A stretch of DNA of 64,000 nucleotides from Minisyncoccota bacterium (GTDB lineage Bacteria; Patescibacteriota; Minisyncoccia; Phycocordibacterales; UBA918): assembly GCA_040879435.1 (NCBI GenBank), contig JBBDKG010000017.1, forward strand, positions 2,060 through 66,059. The letters are read 5' to 3'. The notes beneath the pieces were generated by a model. That model searched no databases, was not told where the DNA came from, and worked only from the letters and a program-made list of their open reading frames with translations. A program made the position numbers and the translations under genes. This document shows, in pieces, positions 1-10,136 of the stretch; the first letter of the stretch is position 1, and each line of letters opens with the position of its first letter.

Positions 1-269
1 CCAAGCCGTGTTGCAAGGTGGATGAGTGTTTCGCTTCGCTGACCGCTTGGGTAGCCTGAGTATGTCTGGAAGATCTCAGTCTGACGCTTTTCATTAATAT
101 CCATCTTGCTTGCGTTCTCGATCTTCACCACAACAGGCGCCACAACGTTCTTAGCGAACTGTGCTGAGTTTTTGCCATTCAAGACCGACGCTGCCTCGGT
201 CGCGATCTTTCCAAGACGCTTTCCTGTAGCGTCGATCACGTATTCTGCTGTTGGGTTCGTTGTTTCCAT
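1..269 (-). CDS. rplM: 50S ribosomal protein L13 (partial, runs off window start)
   Basis: Manual translation from ATG at 269: METTNPTAEYVIDATGKRLGKIATEAASVLNGKN...YSGYPSG, with L13 motifs. Not in the ORF track. Confidence 0.93.
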   Translation of the reverse strand, partial: METTNPTAEYVIDATGKRLGKIATEAASVLNGKNSAQFAKNVVAPVVVKIENASKMDINEKRQTEIFQTYSGYPSGQRSETLIHLATRL

Positions 270-271
270 AT

Positions 272-625
272 TTATACAAGCTCAATGACAGCCATATCCC
301 TGCCTGCCGGCGTACGGCCCAGTTTGATGACCCGTGTGTATCCACCGAGGCGATCCGCATACTGTGGTGCGATCTCATCAAACAGCTTCTTGATGACCGC
401 TGGACGCGGTTCACCAAGTGCTGCTGATGCCTGACGCCGTGAAGCAACGGTGTTGTTCTTTCCGTAGGTGATCAACCTCTCAGCGAACGGACGAAGTTCC
501 TTCGCTTTCGCGACCGTTGTTTCGATCTTGCCGTCACGGAAGAGTGAGATAGCGAGTCCACGAAGAAGCGCTGTTCGCTGTGAGCGTGGTCGGCTGAGTG
601 TTCTGTTTTGCTTCTGGTGTTGCAT
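272..625 (-). CDS. rplQ: 50S ribosomal protein L17
   Basis: KIETTVAKAKELR and GGYTRVIK motifs; directly downstream of rpoA. Confidence 0.97.
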   Translation of the reverse strand: MQHQKQNRTLSRPRSQRTALLRGLAISLFRDGKIETTVAKAKELRPFAERLITYGKNNTVASRRQASAALGEPRPAVIKKLFDEIAPQYADRLGGYTRVIKLGRTPAGRDMAVIELV

Positions 626-642
626 ATGTCGCTCTAGGTCCC

Positions 643-1608
643 CTATTCAGAGAAGGTCGCGCCCATGGTCTTCAAAATGTCTTCAATTTCCTCGACACCT
701 TTTGGTCCAATGCCGTCGAGCGCAAGGATATCATCTTTTTTCTTTCGCACAAGACCGCCAACAGTTCGGATGTTCGCTCCTTCGAGTGCTGAAAGCGTAC
801 GACTTGAAAGATCGAGGGTCTCAATGCGGGTCTTAAGCACATCAGGATCAACGTCCTTCTCGTCTGTCTCAGCTGCAGCTTCGTCAGCTTTCTCCTCTTC
901 CGGTGCTGCGACCGGTTCCTGGAATCCGATGATTGCTTTCAGCTGGTGGATCATGATCTCGATCGACTGCTCAAGCGCCTCCTTTGGAGTGAGGGTACCA
1001 TCGGTCTCGATGAAGACACGAAGACGGTTGTAGTCGGTCCGGTCACCCACACGCATGTTCTCCACTTCGTAGTTTGCACGACGGATTGGCGTGAACACGG
1101 CGTCAAGTGCGATCGCACCGATCTCCACCTTCTCTTTCTGATGGATCTCACGGGCAACGTACCCGAGGCCCTTTTCAACGGTCATTTCAATATCGAGTGT
1201 CGTGCCTTTCGCAGTGATCTCAGCGATCGGCTGCTCAGGATTCAAAACTTCAACCTGACTCGGTGCTTCGATGTCACCTGCGGTGACGACCCCGATCTTG
1301 TTTGTCTTCAAGCGGATGGTCATCGGACCTTCCTCATGGAGGGCAAGACGGATGCGCTTGATATTCAGGAGCATGGTGATCATGTCCTCACGTACACCAT
1401 CGATCGTCTCGAACTCATGCTTCACTCCATCGATCTTCACGTGCGTGATAGCAGCGCCCGGAAGCGAAGAAAGGATAATACGGCGAAGTGAATTGCCGAG
1501 TGTTTGCCCGTAGCCCGGGTAGAGCCCGTCGATCTCGAAAATCCCCTGGAATTCTTCTTCCCGTACGATACGTGGCTTGCTTGGTAGTGCGACGTTGATT
1601 TCTAGCAT
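643..1608 (-). CDS. rpoA: DNA-directed RNA polymerase subunit alpha
   Basis: GYGQTLGNSLRRIILSSLPGAAIT and RVGDRTDY motifs, C-terminal alpha-CTD. Confidence 0.98.
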   Translation of the reverse strand: MLEINVALPSKPRIVREEEFQGIFEIDGLYPGYGQTLGNSLRRIILSSLPGAAITHVKIDGVKHEFETIDGVREDMITMLLNIKRIRLALHEEGPMTIRLKTNKIGVVTAGDIEAPSQVEVLNPEQPIAEITAKGTTLDIEMTVEKGLGYVAREIHQKEKVEIGAIALDAVFTPIRRANYEVENMRVGDRTDYNRLRVFIETDGTLTPKEALEQSIEIMIHQLKAIIGFQEPVAAPEEEKADEAAAETDEKDVDPDVLKTRIETLDLSSRTLSALEGANIRTVGGLVRKKKDDILALDGIGPKGVEEIEDILKTMGATFSE

Positions 1609-1637
1609 AAGCGATGAAGTTACGTGCGAAATAATGA

Positions 1638-2246
1638 TTAACGACTGTAGTACTCGAGTACCAGTTCAGGATCGAACAGAGTTTCAGAAGGTTCGTAGGT
1701 CGGAATGCCGGTCATGCTGCCTTCCAGTTTCTTTGCATCGAGGGTAAGCCAGTTCGGTACACCCGCTGCCTGGTGCTCCTCAGCAAAGTTATTGAACAGC
1801 TGCGCGTCCTTGCTTCCCTCACGTACAGAGAGCACATCGTTCTCGGTAATTTTCTGTGACGGGATGGTCGAGCGCTTGCCGTTCACAAGGATGTGACCGT
1901 GTGAGACCATCTGCCGTGCCATCTGGCGTGTCTTTGCAAGTCCGAGGCGGTAGACAACGTTGTCGAGTCGTGATTCAAGACGTTCAATGAGATGCGTGAT
2001 CGGCTGACGGCTATGCTCGATCGCCTCGTTCACGTATCGGGTAAGCTGTCGCTCAGAGATGCCGTATGTAAAACGCATCTTCTGCTTCTCGATGAGCTGC
2101 TTCTTGTAGTCGCTGATCGCTCCAGGGCGACGGCGACGTGTCTTCTGCTGACGTGCTTCAGAAAGCGCGAACTTCTGAGTCTGCGTTTTTTCGAAAATTG
2201 GCGCACCGAGGCGCTTCGCGATTTTGAATTTTGGTCCGATCTTCAT
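1638..2246 (-). CDS. rpsD: 30S ribosomal protein S4
   Basis: [13 protein letters not shown] and ARQMVSHGH motifs. Confidence 0.98.
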   Translation of the reverse strand: MKIGPKFKIAKRLGAPIFEKTQTQKFALSEARQQKTRRRRPGAISDYKKQLIEKQKMRFTYGISERQLTRYVNEAIEHSRQPITHLIERLESRLDNVVYRLGLAKTRQMARQMVSHGHILVNGKRSTIPSQKITENDVLSVREGSKDAQLFNNFAEEHQAAGVPNWLTLDAKKLEGSMTGIPTYEPSETLFDPELVLEYYSR

Positions 2247-2266
2247 ATCAATATAAATACATTATC

Positions 2267-2698
2267 CTAGACGCGGCGTGCCTTCTTCGGTCGGGGACCG
2301 TTGTGCGGCACCGGCGTCCGGTCGGTGATTCTACTAATAGCGATGCCTTTACCGGCAAATGCACGAAGTGCGGATTCACGACCTGAACCCACACCACGAA
2401 CGACGACATCCACCTCCTTCATTCCCATCTGCTGAGCCTTCTCTCCGATGATCTCGCCCACCTTTGCAGCGGCGAACGGCGTTGACTTACGCGAACCCTT
2501 GAACCCGAGCGCACCGCTTGAGGCAGCGATGAGACTGTTTCCCTTCTGGTCTGCGAGTGTGAGGATGGTGTTGTTGAAGGTCGCGAGGATGTTGAGCGTA
2601 CCGGCAACCACCTTCTTCTTCGGGACACGGTTCAACGCGCGCGTTGTTCCGCTTACGTCCGAACCCCCTCCTTTCTTGATGATGCGTTTCTTACCCAT
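2267..2698 (-). CDS. rpsK: 30S ribosomal protein S11
   Basis: GFKGSRKSTPFAA and DRTPVPHNG motifs. Confidence 0.98.
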   Translation of the reverse strand: MGKKRIIKKGGGSDVSGTTRALNRVPKKKVVAGTLNILATFNNTILTLADQKGNSLIAASSGALGFKGSRKSTPFAAAKVGEIIGEKAQQMGMKEVDVVVRGVGSGRESALRAFAGKGIAISRITDRTPVPHNGPRPKKARRV

Positions 2699-2736
2699 AG
2701 GTCAATGCCGAATTGAATACAATATAAATATGTGGA

Positions 2737-3114
2737 TTAGGTCTTTTCAACCTTACGGCGTCCGGATCCCATCGTCTTCTTCACACCCTTGAGTGTGCGT
2801 GCGTTGGTCTTGCTGCGCTGACCGCGTGCAGGGAGACGCTTTGCGTGTCGTGAACCACGGTATGACTGGATGTCCTTCAGACGCTTGATGTCACCTGAGA
2901 CCTTTCGCTTCAGTTCACCTTCGATCGCGAACGCCTCGATCTTCTCGCGGATAGCGTTCTCCTGATCGGTCGAAAGATCTGCCGGCTTTGCTGTCTCCTC
3001 GATCTTAAGATCTGCAAGAATCTGGAGCGCACGGTTTCGGCCAATGCCAAAGATCGACGTCAGTCCGTACGAGAGATGCTTGTTGTCTGGGATGGTGATA
3101 CCTGAAATACGCAT
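2737..3114 (-). CDS. rpsM: 30S ribosomal protein S13
   Basis: IFGIG and YRGSRH..LPARGQRSKTNART motifs. Confidence 0.98.
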   Translation of the reverse strand: MRISGITIPDNKHLSYGLTSIFGIGRNRALQILADLKIEETAKPADLSTDQENAIREKIEAFAIEGELKRKVSGDIKRLKDIQSYRGSRHAKRLPARGQRSKTNARTLKGVKKTMGSGRRKVEKT

Positions 3115-3153
3115 AATACCTGTGCTTAGTGAGTGTGGGTGTGCCGAGAATGC

Positions 3154-3270
3154 TTACCCCTGCCGCTGCTTGTGTCGTGGCTTCTTCTTGTTGATCACGT
3201 AGATCTTGCCTCGTCTTCGGACGATCTGGTCATCAGGACTTCGTTTTTTGATTGATGATCTAACTTTCAT
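3154..3270 (-). CDS. rpmJ: 50S ribosomal protein L36 (cysteine-free form)
   Basis: Manual translation [38 protein letters not shown]; lies between infA and rpsM. Confidence 0.95.
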   Translation of the reverse strand: MKVRSSIKKRSPDDQIVRRRGKIYVINKKKPRHKQRQG

Positions 3271-3276
3271 GCTTGT

Positions 3277-3501
3277 TTAAAATCGTTTTACGATACGTCC
3301 CTTCCCGCCGTATGGATCCGGTACGATCGCGACGCGATCGCCGACCAGTACGCGAATGCGGAATTTCCGCATCTTTCCGGCAAGATATGCAAGACTCGTT
3401 TCATTGGTGCCATCAAGTACAACGCGAAAGAGCGCATTGGGGAGCGCCTCCTCAACCGTCCCGTTGACAAGGTTGGGATTTTCTTGCTGATTCTCGGACA
3501 T
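3277..3501 (-). CDS. infA: Translation initiation factor IF-1
   Basis: EALPNALFRV and GKMRKFRIRVLVGDRV motifs; start trimmed to ATG at 3501. Confidence 0.96.
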   Translation of the reverse strand: MSENQQENPNLVNGTVEEALPNALFRVVLDGTNETSLAYLAGKMRKFRIRVLVGDRVAIVPDPYGGKGRIVKRF

Positions 3502-3590
3502 CAAACGCGGTGAGTGTAACAAAAACTTCACTGTTCGTCAACACATTTTCCCCCTACCCCGGAAATGACCATTGGGGCCGAAAGCACATA

Positions 3591-4880
3591 CTACCCAACT
3601 ATCTCGATAATATCGATCTCGTCAGCACTCTTCGGGAAGGATCGCTTCCAAAATGGTCGGATAACAGCCTCAGCTCGTTCAATGGCAGGATAACCGGACA
3701 ACACGTTCGGAAGGGCGCCCTTTGCCGCCCCGACAAGGTCCTGCTTCAGCTGATCGGCATCGTATGTCCACACGATACGCGGCGTGCCTTCAAGAGAGAA
3801 GGTAATGGAATCAAGGGCGCGAAGGTCGACCGAAGTTGTCGTTGTTGCTGAAGTGTATGCGAAGGTGAGTGCATCCGCATCCTCAAGACGTACCGCATGG
3901 TCCTCGTATCCCGGTATACCCGCGTCTGCAAGATGTGCCGCAAACTCCCCTTCGGCAAAGAGCGGTACGTGAAGAGAGACCTGCTCCTTGATGGTCACAA
4001 GGTCGTCACCGGCTTCGGTTGACGGGAGGGACTTGTAGCTGAAGGTGATCGCGTCATCGAACAGAATGAACCCAGCAGGACGTTCCTCCGGTACCCGTGC
4101 CCGAAGTGCCTCCTCCAGTTCGCTATACAGCGACTTCTGTGCAGACGCAAGCTCTTCCTCACCGATAATGTATGAAAGTCCTTCGTATCCACCCTGCATG
4201 GACGCTGTGCTGCGTGCAGTGATCGCCTCAAAGAGTTCGGTGTACCCACCTTCTTTGTATCCAGGGACCGTGAATGTTGCCGGTCCGATGTTGTATTCCT
4301 CACCAGGTTCGTCAGCAAAGACCTCGGCGCGTACGGTGCCCGGGGTGTCACCGGTCGCGGCTGGTACGACCACAGACTCCGTGATGCGATAGATGAGTCC
4401 CTGCGGTGACTCAAACCGGGTATTCTTGATAAGTCGCTCTGAACTTTCACGTGTGTTCATGATCTCAATGAAACCGGTCGCCTGTTCACTGACCTCTTCT
4501 TCACCGGTCGCCTGCACACGTCGCTCACCTTCAGCTTCAAGTGTCATGACCTCGTACGAAAGTTCACCAGCTCCTGCTTCACGTGCTGCCTCGAAAGTGC
4601 CGTTGATGACAGGTGTGTGCGAACGTGGGTGGACGGTGATGTCAGCGCCGTCGAGAACGTATCCGATGACAAATCCAGGCAGCAAAATGACGACCGCGAC
4701 CATGAGCGCGATCAGTATTGGCTTCCTGTTCTTGGGTTCGCGGGTCTTTTTCCTCGCTGGCGCGCGTGATTCCTGAGGCTCTTCTGCTGCGGGAGCTGCT
4801 TCACGTGGTTTCGGTGCTGGGCGACGACGACGCTCCCCGCCCGCCGGGCGAATATCCTGTAAGTTCCACTTTTTATCCAT
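3591..4880 (-). CDS. Single-pass membrane protein with baseplate-J-like extracellular region
   Basis: Basic N-terminus, one TM, then 'LIKNTRF..ITESVVVP..ADEPGEEYNIGP' resembling the CPR baseplate J-like family (recall). Confidence 0.6.
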   Translation of the reverse strand: MDKKWNLQDIRPAGGERRRRPAPKPREAAPAAEEPQESRAPARKKTREPKNRKPILIALMVAVVILLPGFVIGYVLDGADITVHPRSHTPVINGTFEAAREAGAGELSYEVMTLEAEGERRVQATGEEEVSEQATGFIEIMNTRESSERLIKNTRFESPQGLIYRITESVVVPAATGDTPGTVRAEVFADEPGEEYNIGPATFTVPGYKEGGYTELFEAITARSTASMQGGYEGLSYIIGEEELASAQKSLYSELEEALRARVPEERPAGFILFDDAITFSYKSLPSTEAGDDLVTIKEQVSLHVPLFAEGEFAAHLADAGIPGYEDHAVRLEDADALTFAYTSATTTTSVDLRALDSITFSLEGTPRIVWTYDADQLKQDLVGAAKGALPNVLSGYPAIERAEAVIRPFWKRSFPKSADEIDIIEIVG

Positions 4881-4946
4881 ATATGGCCATTATACTACAT
4901 CACCCTGATCTACAAAATGATATCTCAGGCGGTCTGTGTTGCCGCC

Positions 4947-6125
4947 TTAGGCATCGGAACGAGCTGTGTGCGTATGGAAGATGTGAGCGGAAAGCAGGAG
5001 CGCAAGATCGGCCTCTCCGTCAACGGAAAGATGGTCAGGTGTGATCGTGTGTACGGTGTGCACTGATCCGCTGAGGCGCTTCAAGGCCCGCGCAATCCGT
5101 GCCTGAAAGAATGTCTGTGTAGAAAGGTCCGCCTGCAGGAATATCGCTTTCGGCAGCAGGAGCGGGTCGCCGGCACGTTCGAACAATTCCACAAGGTTCG
5201 TCTCAAACAACTCGAACACCTCTTCGATCGCTTCAGCGTTCTTCTTGTGTTCTATCTGGTCTTCGCCCGCAAGGTAGCCAAGCGCTTCAACAGCAGAAAT
5301 GCCCGCATGATCGCGAAGCTCACGTGCGAGCGTTCGTGTGCCATACGGTGTGTATGTCGCATGTGCAAGAATACCGTCGTGCACTACCGCAAGCTCAGTC
5401 GCTTCACCACTCACTGTCACCAAGCATGCGTTCTCCAGGTGCACATTGAGTGAGGAGAGTGCCGTATAGTACGTCTCAAGTGCACTGTGTATCGAAACTG
5501 ACGCCGCCGGGAAAGAACGACCGATCGTATCGGTGATTGAATCCGCAATGCTGGCATATACGAAACAAAGCACTTCGGTCAAGCCCACGTCACTCGTCCT
5601 TTTATTCGAGGCCTCCTTGACCGAGTAGCCGTTGATACTGACCCCAATGGTCGTGTGGCTCGTCATCTTCAGAATACTGAGCGGTTCATTCTCCTCCTTG
5701 ATACACGCTTCGGTTGCTTCGCGCACGGCGCGCTCTTCAAGGGAATCCAAGAGGTCTGGGGTGACCACAAATGGACCGGTGTGCGTTGCCCGGGCAGTCT
5801 TTAGTACGGTATACGACCAGGGTGAAGCGACCCGTACGAGAGCTTGTGTGACGTTTGCGATACCGTTCTCTTTGCGAAGTGCCTGTATTCCCTTCGTGCC
5901 AGCTTCCTTTAGTACGTCAGATAATGTAGTGGTAAGGTCCTTTGAAACATCTTCAAATCGGACGGCATCTCGCAAAGGAAGTTGTGTGCGGAGTGACCAG
6001 AGTACCTCGCTCTTCTCCACTCCCTGTGTGGATGCAACGATCGCTGCACCGATGCTTCCTGAACCGATATCAATGACCAGTCCGTATGTCGAAGCATTAT
6101 TCCCGGTCCTCTTGTTGAATAGCAT
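4947..6125 (-). CDS. FtsA/actin-like ATPase-fold protein
   Basis: N-terminal IDIGSGS phosphate-1 motif and degenerate second motif VSGEATE...PYG. Confidence 0.6.
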   Translation of the reverse strand: MLFNKRTGNNASTYGLVIDIGSGSIGAAIVASTQGVEKSEVLWSLRTQLPLRDAVRFEDVSKDLTTTLSDVLKEAGTKGIQALRKENGIANVTQALVRVASPWSYTVLKTARATHTGPFVVTPDLLDSLEERAVREATEACIKEENEPLSILKMTSHTTIGVSINGYSVKEASNKRTSDVGLTEVLCFVYASIADSITDTIGRSFPAASVSIHSALETYYTALSSLNVHLENACLVTVSGEATELAVVHDGILAHATYTPYGTRTLARELRDHAGISAVEALGYLAGEDQIEHKKNAEAIEEVFELFETNLVELFERAGDPLLLPKAIFLQADLSTQTFFQARIARALKRLSGSVHTVHTITPDHLSVDGEADLALLLSAHIFHTHTARSDA

Positions 6126-6182
6126 TACTACTTAGTATAAATCACACTCTCCACGCAAAGTGCGAGTTGCGCACAGCTACTG

Positions 6183-7976
6183 CTACTCCAGCACTGCCTT
6201 GATGCGGCGCACACCGGCTGATGATGATTCCTCTTTTGTGATACGGAAGGTTCCTTTGACCTCCGAAAGGTCAGTGACGTGTGGGCCACCACACAACTCC
6301 CGCGACAGTAGCGTTCCGTCGGGAGCAGTGATGCTGTATACATTCACCATGTCGGGATATCGATCCCAGAAACTCGCTTCTACTGTCGGGTCGTTTTGCG
6401 CATCCGTTTTTGAGCGCGTGTCGGTTGTGACTGCACCACCATTTTTGATTGCGGTGTTCACCCACGCTTCTATCGTATCGAGCACCGAACGCTCAATCTT
6501 TTCTGGATGAGTGAAATCGAATCGAAGCCGTTCTCCGGTGATGTTTGAACCAGCCTGATGGACATGGTCGCCCAATTCTTTCCGCAACGCTGCAAGCAAA
6601 AGGTGCGTTGCGGTGTGATACTGCACAACCTTCTCGGAGTGGTCGGCGAGTCCGCCTTTGAACTTCTGTTCGGCTCCTGCACGGGACTGTTCCTGATGCT
6701 TTAGCATTTCAGTGTTAAATGCATCAACGTCAATAGCTATCCCACGTTCTGCTGCGAGTTCCATAGTGAGTTCAAGAGGAAAACCATGCGACGAGAATAA
6801 CTTAAAAGCCTCTTCCCCGCTCACTTTCTCTGTTGATGATGCTATACGATCAAACTGCTTCATTCCCTGTTCGAGTGTGGTATTGAAATTCCTTTCCTCT
6901 TCTGCGATCTCCATTTCAATTGCTTCTCTTCTGCGTTCCAGCTCCGGGTAGGCTTCTTTAAAGTGTTTGATCACTTCTTGTGCAACCGGCAAAATCGTTG
7001 GCATTCTCAGCTTACGAGCGTGGCGAATAGCTCGGCGTAGAAGTCGACGGAGAATATAGCCCTGGTCGGTATTTGACGGAGAAACGCCGTCAGCGATAAG
7101 AAAAACCGACGCGCGCAGGTGATCTGCGATTATTCGTTCTGACTCCGGAATACTTTGGGCGGACGAGCTCTTGATTACCTCTATAAGCGGTTGAAACAAA
7201 TCAGTGTCGAATACACTCTGCTTCCCTTGTACCACAGCGGTCACCCGTTCGAGTCCGGAACCTGTGTCGACGTTCTGTGCAGCGAGCTTGCCAATGACCT
7301 TCCCGTCCTTTTTCTCGTATTCCATGAACACATCGTTCCAAATCTCAACAACGTCCTGTCGATCGTCTGCCGCAAGAAATTCGTCCTTTGTAAGTCCTGC
7401 GGTTAGATTGCCCGTGACATCGTAGAACATCTCACTGTCAGGTCCGCATGGTCCATTGTCACCAGGGCTCCACCAGTTAGACTCTGCGTCCATGAAGAAA
7501 ATACGTCGATCGGGATCAAGTCCTTCCCCTTCAAATATCTCTTTCCAGATCTTGTATGCCTCCTCGTCGCGCGGGGCATTTTCGTCACCTTCAAATACCG
7601 TTACATACAAGCGTTTCGGATCAAGTCCAAGTCCTTCGTCATTAGATGTCAGAAATTCGTAACTCCAAGTGATCGCTTCTTGTTTGAAGTAATCACCCAA
7701 GGACCAATTACCTAACATCTCAAAAAAGGTCAAATGCGTATTATCTCCGACTTCATCAATATCGTTGGTGCGGACACATTTTTGAGAGTCAGCAATACGT
7801 GTCGCTCCGGTCGAGTGTGGTTGACCCATTAGATACGGTACGAGGGGTTGCATTCCGGCTGTGTTAAACAGCACTGAAGGATCGTTTTCCGGCACGAGCG
7901 AAGCCGATGGAATGATTGTGTGCCCACGAGCTTTAAAGAATTCCAGGAATTTTTTCCGTATTTCGTTGCCTGACAT
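6183..7976 (-). CDS. alaS: Alanine--tRNA ligase (short form, no C-Ala domain)
   Basis: LFNTAGMQP, HLTFFEMLGNWS, VDTGSGLER; editing motifs HTATH and ELCGGPH; 597 aa. Confidence 0.97.
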   Translation of the reverse strand: MSGNEIRKKFLEFFKARGHTIIPSASLVPENDPSVLFNTAGMQPLVPYLMGQPHSTGATRIADSQKCVRTNDIDEVGDNTHLTFFEMLGNWSLGDYFKQEAITWSYEFLTSNDEGLGLDPKRLYVTVFEGDENAPRDEEAYKIWKEIFEGEGLDPDRRIFFMDAESNWWSPGDNGPCGPDSEMFYDVTGNLTAGLTKDEFLAADDRQDVVEIWNDVFMEYEKKDGKVIGKLAAQNVDTGSGLERVTAVVQGKQSVFDTDLFQPLIEVIKSSSAQSIPESERIIADHLRASVFLIADGVSPSNTDQGYILRRLLRRAIRHARKLRMPTILPVAQEVIKHFKEAYPELERRREAIEMEIAEEERNFNTTLEQGMKQFDRIASSTEKVSGEEAFKLFSSHGFPLELTMELAAERGIAIDVDAFNTEMLKHQEQSRAGAEQKFKGGLADHSEKVVQYHTATHLLLAALRKELGDHVHQAGSNITGERLRFDFTHPEKIERSVLDTIEAWVNTAIKNGGAVTTDTRSKTDAQNDPTVEASFWDRYPDMVNVYSITAPDGTLLSRELCGGPHVTDLSEVKGTFRITKEESSSAGVRRIKAVLE

Positions 7977-8002
7977 AGGTATGGACTATAGCGTGATTCC
8001 GG

Positions 8003-8278
8003 TTAATTGCCAAAGAGTGCCTCAAGGTACGGCGTACAATCAGTTCCGTGACATGTCAGGAGGTTTGCGAAGTGATAGAAATACAGCTCGAGGCCGTATC
8101 CCATGAGGATCAGGAAGAGGCCGATCAGGGTTATCACGAATTCAGTACGAAAGGTACGGAGTACCTTCCGGTCGATACGGTGTTCGTGAGCGATCTTATG
8201 ATGTGCTAAGAGTACACCGAGCGCTAGAAGTACCTTCCCGATCAAGCTTAGTGTGAGTCCCCAGAAGAGTATGTTCAT
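8003..8278 (-). CDS. Small membrane protein, 2 TM
   Basis: 91-aa ORF with two hydrophobic segments filling the intergenic space. Confidence 0.75.
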   Translation of the reverse strand: MNILFWGLTLSLIGKVLLALGVLLAHHKIAHEHRIDRKVLRTFRTEFVITLIGLFLILMGYGLELYFYHFANLLTCHGTDCTPYLEALFGN

Positions 8279-8303
8279 ACAACCTATTGTGACACACCAT
8301 CCG

Positions 8304-10136
8304 CTACTTCTTCAGCTGCTTTGTGAGTTTCTCGAACGTGTCGATATCGGCCTTTTGATTCTCCAGTGCATCAAGGAAGGTTTCCTTGCGTGTGGTGTCT
8401 ATATCGATCGCTTTGAAGATATTAGCAACGGTATCTGACTCCCCCAATGAGAGGAAACGGTCGATCTCTGCTGCGTATCCGTTGTCTTCTTTGTATCGGT
8501 CGGCCATGAGGGTGCTCATAAGGAGACCGAACGCGTACGTGTATACATAGAAACCAAATCGTAGATGCGGCACGTACACATACGAGTATCCATCGTCCTT
8601 GGTGACCGAAACTGCGGGACCAAGGTATGAGCGTAAATGTTTCTGCATGCATGTCGCGAGTTCATCGTTCGTCATACCGCCGGTCGCGTGGATCGTGTTG
8701 TGGATCTCCAATTCGCAGTTAAAGAAGGCGATCTGGCGTTCGATGGTCGAAATGTCGCGGGTGATACGGTCGTGAAGCAGTGTCATCTGTTGCTTCGTAC
8801 TTGCCTGTGCATAAACGGCATCGAACATCAGGTTCTCAAAGAGCGTACTGGCGGTCTCCGCGGTCGTGATCGAGTGTCCGTCATAGAACGGTGTGTTCTG
8901 TGCACTCCGCTCAGCATGGATCGCGTGTCCCATCTCGTGCGCTAGTGTCTCAAGCGAGGAGAATGTACTCGTGTGGTTGAGGAACACATGGGTTGGATGT
9001 CCCGTTTCAGCGGACATGAATGCACCACCTCGCTTCCCCTTCTTCGGGAATACGTCGATCTGTCCGCCGGTGAGCATGGTGTCGAATAGCTCACCGTAGC
9101 GTGGCTGGACGCCATAGAACACGTCACGACAGATCTCTACCGCCTGCGGAAACTCGATTGTCGGCGCCGTACCGATCGGTTCATACTTCTCTGTGTAGTG
9201 GAGCTGTTTGGTACCGTGATAACGTGCTTTGATCTTGTAGAAGCGGGCGCTTTGGGTAAAACCCTTGGTCGAAACAGCTTCGACCAATCGCTCAATGCTT
9301 TCTTCGGTGTCCTCGTAGCCAAGCGCAGTCCCGCTGTATGGTTTCTCGTACTTGCGGAGTTCGTCCTCGGTCCGCACATCAGTGATGATGGCATTGAACT
9401 CATGTTCAGCGACCTCACCGAGCTGTTTCATTTCAGTGATGATCTTTGCCCACAGCTGTTTCCGCTTTGGTGCCTTTAGCTCATCAAGCATCGCCAGAGC
9501 ATGCGGAATGTGTATCTCCGTTCCCTTCCACTGAACGGCACGGTTCGCGATGAGTTGATCCACCATATCCACCCACCGTCCGTACGCCTGACTCCCTTTG
9601 AGAGAGATGATCTTCTCTTCTGCTTCGGTGAGGTGGTGCTTGGCGCCGCGAAAGACACGCTCGAGGTAGTACCGGAAGTGTGCAAGCTTCGGGTCAGCAA
9701 GGAACTTTTGCTGCTTTTGTTTCGGTAGCTTCCCGAGTGTCAACACGAAGAAAAGGGTCTGCTCCCCTGCTTTGCGCAGTCGTTTGGAAATCAGGGTGAG
9801 TTGCTTCTGGGCAACAGTATCTCGCGCATTGAGTGCGCTTCGGAAGCTAAAGTAGCGGCCGGGACGTGAGATTGCCGGCATGCCTGAGAGCTTCTCGTAT
9901 TCGGTTAGTGCCCGCTTCAGTGTCGTGGCATCTTTAGTGAAGTCGACTGAACTCCACTTCTTTGCAAAGGCCGTGTATGCCTTCTCGGCGGTTTTCAGGT
10001 CTGCTTCGATCTTTGGGTCCTTCTCGTTTTTGTAATACAAGCGCTTCAAATCCCATTCCGTCTTGATTGTTGCAAGTTTCGGAAGTGTTTGGGTTGGCGT
10101 GTATGCAAATCTATTTTTTGAGGCTTTTTTCGACAT
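8304..10136 (-). CDS. pepF: M3B family oligoendopeptidase (PepF-like)
   Basis: GKRGGAF, TLAHEMGH zinc motif, AETASTLFE, FYVYTYAFG. Confidence 0.92.
   Translation of the reverse strand: MSKKASKNRFAYTPTQTLPKLATIKTEWDLKRLYYKNEKDPKIEADLKTAEKAYTAFAKKWSSVDFTKDATTLKRALTEYEKLSGMPAISRPGRYFSFRSALNARDTVAQKQLTLISKRLRKAGEQTLFFVLTLGKLPKQKQQKFLADPKLAHFRYYLERVFRGAKHHLTEAEEKIISLKGSQAYGRWVDMVDQLIANRAVQWKGTEIHIPHALAMLDELKAPKRKQLWAKIITEMKQLGEVAEHEFNAIITDVRTEDELRKYEKPYSGTALGYEDTEESIERLVEAVSTKGFTQSARFYKIKARYHGTKQLHYTEKYEPIGTAPTIEFPQAVEICRDVFYGVQPRYGELFDTMLTGGQIDVFPKKGKRGGAFMSAETGHPTHVFLNHTSTFSSLETLAHEMGHAIHAERSAQNTPFYDGHSITTAETASTLFENLMFDAVYAQASTKQQMTLLHDRITRDISTIERQIAFFNCELEIHNTIHATGGMTNDELATCMQKHLRSYLGPAVSVTKDDGYSYVYVPHLRFGFYVYTYAFGLLMSTLMADRYKEDNGYAAEIDRFLSLGESDTVANIFKAIDIDTTRKETFLDALENQKADIDTFEKLTKQLKK

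Noticed and set aside
3591-4880. Baseplate-J-like gene as part of a prophage
   Set aside because: It is membrane-anchored, and there are no terminase, capsid, tail or integrase genes nearby
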